Source: an uncultured Clostridia bacterium (GTDB taxonomy: Bacteria; Bacillota; Clostridia; Christensenellales; DTU072). From it: a stretch of DNA of 64,000 nucleotides. Below are positions 35,924-45,884 of this stretch, piece after piece (the stretch's first letter is position 1; every line of letters starts with the position of its first letter). Where the stretch lies: the NCBI GenBank assembly GCA_946621465.1, contig CAMOOO010000006.1, positions 21,998 to 85,997 of the forward strand. Direction: 5' to 3'. A model generated the notes under the pieces. That model worked only from the letters and a program-made list of their open reading frames with translations, was not told where the DNA came from and did no database searches. A program made the translations under genes and the position numbers.

Positions 35924-38326
35924 TTATCTGGTCACGACAATGGGATTGGGTTGCATCAATAGATAGTTGTTATCGTCGTAATTACAAATAGTCACGACGA
36001 CTTTATACTGCCCTGCCGCGCTCAAATCGTACTCACCGTCAAGGCTTGGGACAACTTCGACGAAAGCCTCCTCCTCGCCACTTCTATGCCAAACGGTAAC
36101 GGCATACTCCACCGGTACCTCTATCGTCACGGGCGTGCCGTTTCCTGAGTAATCGGAATAATGCGCTCCCGGATAGTACGATGCTCTGTTGCTGTCGAAA
36201 TTAAGGGTGTACTCCGTCGGCTCGTTGACGTAAAAGGTCCTCTTCTGTATCTCCCAGTCGTATTCCACCGTATCCGTCACGGTGTACCTTCCGTTACCGT
36301 CAAGAAAGGCGGCAACGAAAAGTTCTTTATCGTACCGAAGAGTGAAATAAGACCTGTAATATCCTGCCTGCGTAAGGGTAGTAACTACGCCGTACTCGCC
36401 GCTTTGCGTCCGGGAAAAGCGATGCTCAGCGTCGATTAAGGCGTCGCCCGTCCATTCCAAACCGGGAGCGACGGCAAATTCCATTTCCACCCCCGAACCG
36501 TAGCGACTGTATGTTAGCTCCATACCACCGTCCTCGCGCGTAATGATAGGGCCGCCGGAAAGGTAGGAATAACAGACCACTCCTTTAACTACCTCCACTT
36601 CGACAGTAACGGTGATAAATTGATAGTTGCCGCCCAAAAGCCCGAGTTCGGTTGCCCCTTTTTTATAGATCAGGTCCCAATGATAGGTAGTCCCCACTTT
36701 AGCAATATTGTCTTCTCCGAACGAGGCGTTCTCCGCCCAGACGAATTCGTAATTGTTTCCTGCCGGCGGGTTGATGACCTGATAGCTGTCGTCCAAAGGC
36801 AGATTGACGTTTTCGTAGATGGCAATTCCGTTTGCGGCGAGGTAGTCTTTGACTTCGTCCGTCATCATAAATCTGCTCCCCCATAGTCCGTTCGTCCCGT
36901 CAAACGTTCCGTTTTCTATGAGTTTAAGCCGGTCGTTTGGAGAAATCTGCAAATTACAAGAAGCAACCTCTACGTCCTCCTCGCCGCTATAAAGGTACTT
37001 CAACTTGAAGTTCTGCCCGAAATCGGCAGGAAGAGAGGTCCGAGCCTTATCGATGACAAACCCAATCGTCATCATGCTCGCGCCGTCCGGCGCCCCTTCC
37101 CAAACGTAGTTATTTTGATAGTCGCTGTTAATAAGTAGTTCTACGGCGTGGAAATTGACTAAGCCGTCGTTATACGTTCCGCTGCCTGCGTCGATTGCCG
37201 CCGCGTCCGCTGCTCCCAGGACGATCGTCACCAGTCCCTCGCCATACGCCGCGCAGCTGGCGTCGGAATAGTACACCGCGCCCGACAAGTCCGACACTGC
37301 GACAAGGGCGGTCTCTCCCACGGTCAGCGTCGGTATAACGGGCGATCCGGTATAGGTAAAGTGGTAATACCCGTCCGCTTTTTCCGCGCCGCTGACGGTA
37401 GGTACAGGAAGTTTTTTAGGCGAGATAAGCCACGTTGCGACGTCCACCGTCGATGATGAACTATCCGCTCCCGAAAAAATAAAATTGTTTTGGTACTCTT
37501 CTTTTATGGTAGCAACGCAAAAATACCTGCCGGCATCCGTTGCCTTGTTCGTTTCCGATCCGAAGTTTTCAAAGTTGATATATTTCTCTGCCTCGTGCAT
37601 ATCGAGGTCGAGGGTCAATTCCGATCCGGTGTATTCATAAACTCCCTCGCCTTCGACGGTGGGAACGGGGAGTTCTTTTTTGGTGATCTCCCAAACGATA
37701 TCGGCGCGGTCGCTCTCCACCCCTTCGTTTTGCCAGACGTACCCGTCTTTACACAAAAGGACAACGACGTAGACGTTGGCATCCGTTGCCTTTCTGACTG
37801 ACATTGCGGCGGTATCGACGATGATCTTCTCCTCGGCAATGGCGCTGAGGACCCCCGTGCCGTCACTAAGCGTCATGTGCGCGGCAATATCTATCTCTTC
37901 GCCCGTATACGAAAAAGTCAGCCCTTCGGTATTGACGCTCGGAAGAACTTCCACGGAAAGCTCCACCGTGATCTGTCCCATAACGTTTTCGGCTATAACA
38001 AATTCCAATAATAACGTTCTGGGCGTCGGTTTACTGACGGACAGTTCGTAATCGGGTACCGTCTTTTTCTGACTGCCGTATATCCCGGTGACGATAAAAT
38101 CGCTTTTGGTAAAGTTCGCCGCCACCCCTTCCGGCAGACGAATAACGCCCCCTTCGTAATACTGACTATACAGGCTACCTTCCGCTATCTCCACTTCGAC
38201 TGCCTGCAAAGTAGTAGTCCCTCCCGTTCCCTCGACGGTCCCTTCTTCGGGCGACTGACAGGCAACCAGCACCAAGCATAGACAGAGGATTGTTGCCAGA
38301 ATAATTACGATAGATGCTTTTTTCAT
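35924..38326 (-). CDS. Large surface lipoprotein with MBG/Ig-like repeats
   Basis: Lipobox LVAC in MKKASIVIILATILCLCLVLVAC. Repeated KKELPVPTV / KKLPVPTV module boundaries and AG.Y..NY patterns. Start placed at ATG 38326. Confidence 0.7.
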   Translation of the reverse strand: MKKASIVIILATILCLCLVLVACQSPEEGTVEGTGGTTTLQAVEVEIAEGSLYSQYYEGGVIRLPEGVAANFTKSDFIVTGIYGSQKKTVPDYELSVSKPTPRTLLLEFVIAENVMGQITVELSVEVLPSVNTEGLTFSYTGEEIDIAAHMTLSDGTGVLSAIAEEKIIVDTAAMSVRKATDANVYVVVLLCKDGYVWQNEGVESDRADIVWEITKKELPVPTVEGEGVYEYTGSELTLDLDMHEAEKYINFENFGSETNKATDAGRYFCVATIKEEYQNNFIFSGADSSSSTVDVATWLISPKKLPVPTVSGAEKADGYYHFTYTGSPVIPTLTVGETALVAVSDLSGAVYYSDASCAAYGEGLVTIVLGAADAAAIDAGSGTYNDGLVNFHAVELLINSDYQNNYVWEGAPDGASMMTIGFVIDKARTSLPADFGQNFKLKYLYSGEEDVEVASCNLQISPNDRLKLIENGTFDGTNGLWGSRFMMTDEVKDYLAANGIAIYENVNLPLDDSYQVINPPAGNNYEFVWAENASFGEDNIAKVGTTYHWDLIYKKGATELGLLGGNYQFITVTVEVEVVKGVVCYSYLSGGPIITREDGGMELTYSRYGSGVEMEFAVAPGLEWTGDALIDAEHRFSRTQSGEYGVVTTLTQAGYYRSYFTLRYDKELFVAAFLDGNGRYTVTDTVEYDWEIQKRTFYVNEPTEYTLNFDSNRASYYPGAHYSDYSGNGTPVTIEVPVEYAVTVWHRSGEEEAFVEVVPSLDGEYDLSAAGQYKVVVTICNYDDNNYLLMQPNPIVVTR

Positions 38327-38429
38327 TCCCCCGTTTCGGAAACGTTTGTCGCGCCGCATACGGCGCAGTCATCACTCCATCGTCCGAAAACCTTTCCCGA
38401 AAAAACGAGTGGAGCCAATAGTATCTCGT

Positions 38430-39893
38430 TTACTTGGAGATAAAGCCCATCTTCTCTAAATAATCTTTCATCTGTTCGTCGGTAAAGACCGCGGTGTTTT
38501 GTAAGATCCTATAACAGATATCCGCCAGTTCCTTTCGCATATTCTCGTGTACGTTCTCGGAGGAGAAATCCCCTTTACATAAAACGGTCACTTCGTCAAA
38601 GAGCAGTCTAAAATCGGCGTACTCCTCGGTCAGATTTTTATTGGCAATGCACTTCTCTACCTCGGCAAGTTGCCCTACCAGTCTGCCCGGTAGAATGAAT
38701 AGTCCCTGCGCTTCGATCAGCCCAATGGACTCCTTTTTGATGACGTGGAACTCCGGATGGGCGTGGAAAATTCCGTCCGGGAACTCCTCGGATACGACGT
38801 TGCTACGCAAAATAATATTGAATTCGTACTTGCCGTTCCTCTTCACCACGGTGGGGCTGATGGAATTGTGTTGACCGGAAGCGTCCCTACAAACTATCTG
38901 CAAATTTTCATCCGTGTAGTCCACCCAGCATACGCGCATCTTTTCGCACACCTCGATTATCTTCTCTCTGTCCGTTCCTACGATACGGAATACCGTTCCC
39001 GGCCAGTCCAGGATACCCATTTGCAAACTTTCGTACCCCGGAAGGGTAAATTCCTCTTTTATCTTAGCCTTAAACAGCGGTAACACCTCGCCGCCGCCCT
39101 GGTAGTGGTCGTGCGCAAGAACGCTTCCGCCGATACGTTCCAGACAGGCGTTGCACCCGATAAAATAGTGCGGAAAAGCGTCCACGAAATCCATGAGGTT
39201 GACGAACGTCTCTCTGTCGATGTGCATAGGAATATGCTCGGTATTGACGCAGATACCGTGCTGATAAAAATATCCATAGGGAGAGAACTGCCAGAACCAC
39301 GGCTTTCCGCCCAGTCTGAGAGACACGGTACGGAGGGTGAATTTTCCACGCGGCGCGAATCCCTCGTTGTCTTTACAGATAACACACTTCGGATATCCGC
39401 CGGCAACGGCGTTTCCGCTCTTAGCCTTGTTGGGATCGCGGAACTCGGGCTTAGCTAAGTTAATAGTCACCACCAGTCCGTTCTCACCGTCAAAGCGCGG
39501 ATTTTTGTCCAGCACCGCTTTCTTTACGTAGTTGTTGTCAACGCAGTAATTATACAGCCACTCCGTCGCCTGCGCCGCCCCTTCTTTATCGTACACTTCA
39601 TGAAACTTCCCGTCCAAATAAGAGGGTCTGAGCGAAAGCATCCCCATGATCTTATCGCAAAAGTACGGCGCCAGTTCCGCCGCAAAAACTCCCTCCTCTA
39701 TCGCCGCCGCGGAAAAGTCGGCAAGCAGCACGGAAATATCGCACTCCGGCGCCTCCACCTCGGACTCCTCAAAAGTAGTCAGTCCCAGCGCGTCGATAAT
39801 GCTGTTACGAACGAACGGAACGTCATAACTATTCAGCCCCAGGCGGGCCTTTGCAAAAGCAAGTAAACGATTGATCTCAAAAAAAGTCTTCAT
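38430..39893 (-). CDS. galT: UDP-glucose--hexose-1-phosphate uridylyltransferase, type 2
   Basis: 487 aa, the Firmicutes long GalT form. CVICKDNEG and LAHDHYQGG motifs. Confidence 0.9.
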   Translation of the reverse strand: MKTFFEINRLLAFAKARLGLNSYDVPFVRNSIIDALGLTTFEESEVEAPECDISVLLADFSAAAIEEGVFAAELAPYFCDKIMGMLSLRPSYLDGKFHEVYDKEGAAQATEWLYNYCVDNNYVKKAVLDKNPRFDGENGLVVTINLAKPEFRDPNKAKSGNAVAGGYPKCVICKDNEGFAPRGKFTLRTVSLRLGGKPWFWQFSPYGYFYQHGICVNTEHIPMHIDRETFVNLMDFVDAFPHYFIGCNACLERIGGSVLAHDHYQGGGEVLPLFKAKIKEEFTLPGYESLQMGILDWPGTVFRIVGTDREKIIEVCEKMRVCWVDYTDENLQIVCRDASGQHNSISPTVVKRNGKYEFNIILRSNVVSEEFPDGIFHAHPEFHVIKKESIGLIEAQGLFILPGRLVGQLAEVEKCIANKNLTEEYADFRLLFDEVTVLCKGDFSSENVHENMRKELADICYRILQNTAVFTDEQMKDYLEKMGFISK

Positions 39894-40116
39894 ACATATG
39901 CCTCGTTAATTTATTCTTTATAATAAATTATACCATGAGAAAGCGATTACTTCAACATAAATATCGCGTTTTCCTCATTTTTGTAAATCGACCGACCGAT
40001 TTTATTTTTTAGGAGCAATGCGCCGAATAAAAGCCTCTCTTTGCTTCCGCAGTGATATTGACAATATATGGATTTAAATTTATAATATTATTATTCGTCA
40101 TAATAAGAGGTGTTCT

Positions 40117-42744
40117 ATGAAGAATCTGAAAAAATACAGTTCGTGGGTTGCATTGGCGTTCGTGCTGTTGCAGGCAGGATTACTGGTTTTGTTGGACCTA
40201 TTCTACATAGTAAACGTCAATTACGATTTGCACCGGGTGGTGCTGGCGTTTATGTTCCTCGTTTGCGGCGGAACGGCCTTTTTTTACGGATTCTTGTGCG
40301 AATGGAAGATAAAGAAGAACCTTCTTTTCACGGCGATCTCCGTTCTCTGTTGCCCGGGGATCGGCATTATACTTTCGATGTATCTGATAAGGGACGTTTT
40401 CGGCGTCGATCAGACGGTGACATACGCCGTTTCTTTAGCGTTCGGTTCCGTCTACGCCCTCGTTTATTTCATTCTGCAATTGAAAAAAGGCAGAGATAAA
40501 AACCGGGTACGGAAGATCATTGCCTGCGTTCTTTGCGCCGTCATTCTACTCGCCCAGTGCATTCTTCCTATTTTAGACGGGCTGAAGTTCAATTACAAAG
40601 TCCCCACGTTAACGGGACTCAGCACCTATACGGCAAAGGCCTATCCCCTCGTCGATGGCGCCGACGTTTACGTAGCTACGGACGGTGACGACGAAACGGG
40701 AGACGGGTCTTTTGGGAGTCCGTACAAGACCATTGAGAGAGCCAAAGAGGTCGTTCGGGGCATGGAAAGGAAGTCGGGCGGCATTACCGTTGCGATAAAG
40801 ACGGGCGAATACCGCACCGCAAACGGACTAGTCTTTACCGAAGAAGACAGCGGCACGGACGATTGCCCAATAACCTACTGCGCCTATGGCGACGGCGAAG
40901 TCATCATAAACGGCGGCGTTACCCTAAGCCCCACCGATTTCACCCCCGTCAAAGACGACGGGATGAAAAACCGCTTGAATAAAAACGTCCGCGACAAAGT
41001 GCTGCAACTGGATCTTTCTTCCTACTATATAACGAGAGAGCAATACGGAGAAATCTACGTCTTCGGCTCCCACACCTCCGCATCCAAATACGACGGCTAC
41101 ATAAAGGACGCACCCGTTTACAGCGAGCTGTTTTTTAACGACAGGCGTATGAACTTAGCTCGCTATCCCGACAGCGGATATCTGAAAACGGGCAAGGTTG
41201 TCGAGATCGGCAGAGGGCTGGAATCGGACGGCTCCCATACCGCCGACCCGGAATACTGGGAAGACGCCCGTAACCCCAAAGGCGACACCTATAAACTGTC
41301 GAATAAACTTGCTAAGCGCGTTTCTTCGTGGCAGACCCTCGACGACGTGTGGATGTTCGGTTTCTTTAAATACACCTGGGCGGACTCCACTACGACTATT
41401 GCCTCTTTCGACGCGCGTAAGAAGACGTTGACAACGAAGTACGTCAGCTTATACGGCGCAATCGAAGACGCGCCCTATTACTTCTTTAACGTGTTCGAGG
41501 AACTGGATGCGCCCGGAGAATGGTATCTCGACCGGAACACCGGCATCGTGTATATGTACCCCACCGGCGACATGGAAAGCGCCGTCATTGATATGTCTCT
41601 CAGCACTGCCCCGGTAATCGGCGGAGAAACGAGCAACGTCACCTTTAAAAACGTCACCGTAAAAGGCACGCGCGGCAACGGTATCGAGCTGACGGGTGAC
41701 AACAACACCGTGAACCTTTGCACCGTAAAAAACATCGGAGCGAATGCCATTCTTTTGACCGGGAGCAATAATATCGCCTCGGAAAACGAGATCACCGGAA
41801 CCGGTCGAGGCGGTATTATCCTCGAAGGCGGCGATACCGAAACGTTAACGCCGGGCGGCAACGTCGCCTATAACAACCTCATCCACGACTGGTCGGAGAT
41901 CTATCTGACCTATCAGGCAGGCGTTACGTTAATAGGGGTAGGAAACGTCTGTTCCCACAACGAAATGTATAACTCTCCGCACGAAGCGGTGACTTACGAT
42001 GGCAATAACCACCTGATCGAATACAATAACATCCACAACGTCTGTCTTTTGTCCGACGACGCCGGCGCGATTTATTCCGGCAAACGGTGGTTCTGGTACG
42101 GCAACGTCATACAGTTCAACGCCGTCTACGACCTCGGATCGGGCGATCATCACCCCTGCGGTATCTATATGGACGACGCCCTGTCGGGACAGACCATATA
42201 CGGCAATATCTTAGTTAACGTCCCGGACATCGGTTTGCACTTAGGCGGCGGCAGAGACCTGATCGTCAAAAATAACATCATCATCAATTCCAACGTCCGT
42301 TCCATTACTTACGACTCTCGTGCGCGCGAAGGGGCGCTCAAAAACGGTTGGTTCGACCATTCCTACCCGGAAAACGGCGATATGTGGATAGAGCTGTTCG
42401 AGTCCCCCTGGCAGACAGACATCTGGCAAGAGGCTTTTCCGCAATATAAACACTTTTCCTGCGACTTTTCCGACCCCGACAATCCGGACTTCGCCCCCAA
42501 CCCTGCTTACAGCGAAGTGACCGGGAACGTCTGTATCAACCTCTTCAAACGCCTCGGCGACATCAGTGACGACGCCTACCGTTTCAGCACCATAAAAGAC
42601 AACCCCGTCTACTACCTGTCGGCAGCGTCATCAATCTTCGTCGACTACAAAAACGGCGATTATCGCCTGAAAGAAGGTTGCCGCGTGTTCGACGACCTGC
42701 CCGAATTTCAGCAAATACCTATTTCCAAAATAGGTCGTGAATAA
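40117..42744 (+). CDS. Polytopic-membrane-anchored right-handed beta-helix protein
   Basis: About five N-terminal TM helices, then parallel beta-helix repeats (NGIELTGDNNTVNLCTVKNIGANAILLTGSNNIASENEITGTGRGGIILEGG). Confidence 0.75.
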   Translation: MKNLKKYSSWVALAFVLLQAGLLVLLDLFYIVNVNYDLHRVVLAFMFLVCGGTAFFYGFLCEWKIKKNLLFTAISVLCCPGIGIILSMYLIRDVFGVDQTVTYAVSLAFGSVYALVYFILQLKKGRDKNRVRKIIACVLCAVILLAQCILPILDGLKFNYKVPTLTGLSTYTAKAYPLVDGADVYVATDGDDETGDGSFGSPYKTIERAKEVVRGMERKSGGITVAIKTGEYRTANGLVFTEEDSGTDDCPITYCAYGDGEVIINGGVTLSPTDFTPVKDDGMKNRLNKNVRDKVLQLDLSSYYITREQYGEIYVFGSHTSASKYDGYIKDAPVYSELFFNDRRMNLARYPDSGYLKTGKVVEIGRGLESDGSHTADPEYWEDARNPKGDTYKLSNKLAKRVSSWQTLDDVWMFGFFKYTWADSTTTIASFDARKKTLTTKYVSLYGAIEDAPYYFFNVFEELDAPGEWYLDRNTGIVYMYPTGDMESAVIDMSLSTAPVIGGETSNVTFKNVTVKGTRGNGIELTGDNNTVNLCTVKNIGANAILLTGSNNIASENEITGTGRGGIILEGGDTETLTPGGNVAYNNLIHDWSEIYLTYQAGVTLIGVGNVCSHNEMYNSPHEAVTYDGNNHLIEYNNIHNVCLLSDDAGAIYSGKRWFWYGNVIQFNAVYDLGSGDHHPCGIYMDDALSGQTIYGNILVNVPDIGLHLGGGRDLIVKNNIIINSNVRSITYDSRAREGALKNGWFDHSYPENGDMWIELFESPWQTDIWQEAFPQYKHFSCDFSDPDNPDFAPNPAYSEVTGNVCINLFKRLGDISDDAYRFSTIKDNPVYYLSAASSIFVDYKNGDYRLKEGCRVFDDLPEFQQIPISKIGRE

Positions 42745-42762
42745 AAAATAAGGAGAACATTT

Positions 42763-43653
42763 ATGAACAAAGAAAAAATCATGCTCGGCATTGCTCCTAT
42801 CGGTTGGACCAATGACGATATGCCCGATTTAGGGGCGGAAAACACCTTTGAGCAGTGCGTCAGCGAGATGGCTCTCGCCGGCTTTTCCGGATGCGAGATC
42901 GGTAACAAATACCCCTCCGATCCCGACGTACTCAAAAAAGCGTTGGATCTGAGAAATATGCGTATTGCTAACCGTTGGTTTTCCTCTTTCATCCTCACCA
43001 AGCCCTTTGAAGAAGTGGAAGCGGACTTCCGCGCGAACTGCGCATTCTTGCAGAAAATGGGCGCAAAGCGCATCGGCGCAAGCGAGCAAAGTTACAGCAT
43101 CCAGGGTACCGACAAAGCCGTCTTTGACGAAAAGCCGGTCATCGGTGACGCCGATTGGAAAAAGCTGTGCGACGGACTCAATAAATTGGGCGATATCGCT
43201 AAAGAATACGGCATTTCCCTCGTCTACCACCACCACATGGGTACGGTAGTGCAAACGCCCGAAGAGATCGACCGCCTTATGGAAGGCACCGACCCAAGCA
43301 AATTCTCCCTGCTTTACGACACCGGTCACCTCGCCTACATGGGCGCGGATTACCTCGCCGTCCTCAAAAAATACGTCGGCAGAATCAAGCACGTCCATTT
43401 AAAGGACGTTCGTCCGGAAGTTGTCAAAAAGGTCAAAGAAAACCACCTCAGCTTCCTCCAAGGCGTCCGCATGGGCACCTTTACCGTTCCCGGTGACGGC
43501 GCTATCGACTTCGCACCCGTCTTCGATATCCTCGACAAAGCCGGTTACGAAGGATGGCTGCTTGTCGAAGCGGAACAAGACCCCGCCATTGCCAATCCCT
43601 TTGAGTACGCTCTCAAAGCAAGAAAATACATCGCCGAAAAAGCCGGTCTGTAA
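42763..43653 (+). CDS. iolE: Myo-inosose-2 dehydratase
   Basis: [24 protein letters not shown] and [15 protein letters not shown] closely parallel B. subtilis IolE. Confidence 0.9.
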   Translation: MNKEKIMLGIAPIGWTNDDMPDLGAENTFEQCVSEMALAGFSGCEIGNKYPSDPDVLKKALDLRNMRIANRWFSSFILTKPFEEVEADFRANCAFLQKMGAKRIGASEQSYSIQGTDKAVFDEKPVIGDADWKKLCDGLNKLGDIAKEYGISLVYHHHMGTVVQTPEEIDRLMEGTDPSKFSLLYDTGHLAYMGADYLAVLKKYVGRIKHVHLKDVRPEVVKKVKENHLSFLQGVRMGTFTVPGDGAIDFAPVFDILDKAGYEGWLLVEAEQDPAIANPFEYALKARKYIAEKAGL

Positions 43654-43662
43654 ATTCCAAAA

Positions 43663-43748
43663 TTATAAATTGAGCTTTCGGGGGCGACAACCTTTTTCGA
43701 CAAAAATGTTCTTCGCCCCCGAACCCCCACTTTCCAAAAACCTTTACA
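43663..43748. repeat. Long-hairpin intergenic element, copy b
   Basis: Aligns over about 86 bp to 852-937 with 5-6 mismatches by my count. Lies 10 nt after the iolE stop. Confidence 0.9.
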
Positions 43749-43830
43749 ATTCTAGATAATATAAATTAATTATCCTTAATTACACTCTCTGAAGCACGGG
43801 TACGGGTTTCACCACGTACAGAATTACAAT

Positions 43831-43862
43831 AAAAAACCACCGTTCTCATCGGTGATTTTTTA
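43831..43862. terminator. Bidirectional hairpin terminator
   Basis: A6-CCACCG-TTCTCAT-CGGTG-A-T6, just downstream of the DUF2207 gene stop (43871). Confidence 0.6.
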
Positions 43863-43870
43863 TGCATAGA

Positions 43871-45868
43871 TCAGTGTCTTCCGCCGCCGCCACCGCCACC
43901 GAAGCCGCCACCGCCGGAGAATCCACCGCCTCCGTGTCCACCGCCGCCGAATCCACCAAAGCCACCGTTACGGGCGGAATTGGAAATTTGCTGAGCGCGG
44001 GTAAAGGCATTGGCATTGCGTACCGCCGTCTGCATGGACTTGCCCAGGTCGAACATTCTCGCCGATCCTACCATAGTGCGCGGACGGGAAGCAAGATAGA
44101 AATAGGTATAGATATATCCCCTTCTGTAATAGGTTGCGTCGTAGTTTGTCGGTTGTTGCAGCTCTTTGTATACGAGTTTCAGTTTTTTAGTTACCTTTTT
44201 ACTGATCCCCATCATCGTTGCATAGACGAGGTACTCTTCCCACAAAATGAGTTGAGGCACGTCGTACTCTTTCAGATTGGAGAAGTCCAGCATATAGTTG
44301 CGGAGGGAGAGCGTTTTGTCATGAATGGCATCCCCGTCCTTTTTCAGCGGCGTAATTTTATAGCTGCCTAAAAGAAGTATGATACCGCCTATCCATCCGC
44401 CGAACAGGAGATAGAAAAAGTACTTCGATAAAAAGAAAAAGGAGATCATGCCAACGGCGATCATCAGCACGCCGATAACGGGTCCCACCTTTTGGAGAAA
44501 CTTTTTCTCCCCCTCGTATTTACCTTTTTTGAAGGTCGCGCAAGCGTACTGGATGAATTTATTGATGTGCTTATTGACAAAGGTTATATTCCCCTTAGCA
44601 AAGGTCTCAAACTGCTTCATGGTAAACGGCTTGTTCCCGTTCTTTTGTTGCACTTCGGAAAGTAAGATCATCAGTTCCTTTTCAAAGTTCCGTAAGTCCT
44701 CTTTTTTTGCCTCGGGAACGGCTTTGACCTCTATCCGATATTTCTCCTTTGTATCGGGTAAAATGTCCAGATAATCCCTCCTGGCAAGGTCGAGCATGGT
44801 CGCCGAAAGCACGGCGCCGGAGTGCTTACGCATTCCGCCCCGATACCAGTAAAAGAACTCGCCCATTTCCGCCGCCGTCCAGTTGGAGGGGATTTCTCTG
44901 AGATAGGTTCTGTCCGTCTGCCGATATCTCCCGAAAACGTGGGACAAAACGGCAAGCGCAATTGCGATGAGGACAAAGGCGATACTGGCTATGATATCGA
45001 CGATACCGAGGATAGCAAGCAGTCTCTGTTCCTTTTCGTATTCCCTCTGCCACTGGTCTTCTTGCGCAATCAAAGCGGTCTTTTTACTTTCCGAAGAAGT
45101 CTTTTTCAGTTCGTTAAAAGAAGATGTCGGCACCAAAGAATGAATACCGACGTCGGTGCCGGCAGGCACCTTTTTGGCGGTGACGGTGATGACGTTTCCA
45201 TTTAAACTAACGTTACTCTCCGCGCTACAATGGAGCCAGGCATAGGTATTATCAATATCGGAATAGTCCACCGAGGACGGCATGGTGACTTTGACGCTCA
45301 GGTCGGAGATATACATCTTAAAGTCGGTCGAATATGGCTTCCAATCGAACTCGGCAACATCGGCGTAGCTCCCGGCAAAGTCCTCGATGAGATAGGTAAA
45401 GGTTATCGAGACGGTATCCCCAGAAGAAATGGCGGACGGCAATATTGCGCCGATCTCGTAAACGTAGGAGGAATTTTGTACAACGTAAGAATACCCCTTG
45501 TACCTGGTGACGTTCTTTTCGTAATCGTCGTCCGACATAGAGGTGATATTGCTGTTTATAGGGAACTCTTTTTTCGCGCTTTCGTTATAGACGGAGATCA
45601 GCGTAAACTTACTTGACTGATTAAATTTACTATCCCGCAAATCGAGGGTGCGGTAGAGATTGCGGTAGCCCTCGCTGTCCGTAGTCTTGACGTTCCAGGT
45701 CTCGGCAACGATGAGCGCGCCGTTTTCCGACAGCGTTGCAACGACGTCGGCTTTTGTCAGCCAAAGATCGCCCGTATCCTCGCAACCAGAAAATGTCATT
45801 AATCCGATCACGCATAACATCGCGAGTAAAACAATTGTTGCTATTCTTTTTATAGAAATTATTTTCAT
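43871..45868 (-). CDS. DUF2207 family membrane protein with a Gly-rich C-terminal tail
   Basis: Signal/lipoprotein-like N-terminus, an extracellular N-domain, TM helices and a terminal GGFGGFGGGGHGGGGFSGGGGFGGGGGGG tail typical of DUF2207. Confidence 0.85.
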   Translation of the reverse strand: MKIISIKRIATIVLLAMLCVIGLMTFSGCEDTGDLWLTKADVVATLSENGALIVAETWNVKTTDSEGYRNLYRTLDLRDSKFNQSSKFTLISVYNESAKKEFPINSNITSMSDDDYEKNVTRYKGYSYVVQNSSYVYEIGAILPSAISSGDTVSITFTYLIEDFAGSYADVAEFDWKPYSTDFKMYISDLSVKVTMPSSVDYSDIDNTYAWLHCSAESNVSLNGNVITVTAKKVPAGTDVGIHSLVPTSSFNELKKTSSESKKTALIAQEDQWQREYEKEQRLLAILGIVDIIASIAFVLIAIALAVLSHVFGRYRQTDRTYLREIPSNWTAAEMGEFFYWYRGGMRKHSGAVLSATMLDLARRDYLDILPDTKEKYRIEVKAVPEAKKEDLRNFEKELMILLSEVQQKNGNKPFTMKQFETFAKGNITFVNKHINKFIQYACATFKKGKYEGEKKFLQKVGPVIGVLMIAVGMISFFFLSKYFFYLLFGGWIGGIILLLGSYKITPLKKDGDAIHDKTLSLRNYMLDFSNLKEYDVPQLILWEEYLVYATMMGISKKVTKKLKLVYKELQQPTNYDATYYRRGYIYTYFYLASRPRTMVGSARMFDLGKSMQTAVRNANAFTRAQQISNSARNGGFGGFGGGGHGGGGFSGGGGFGGGGGGGRH

Positions 45869-45884
45869 TTTTTATTTTGGGGAT

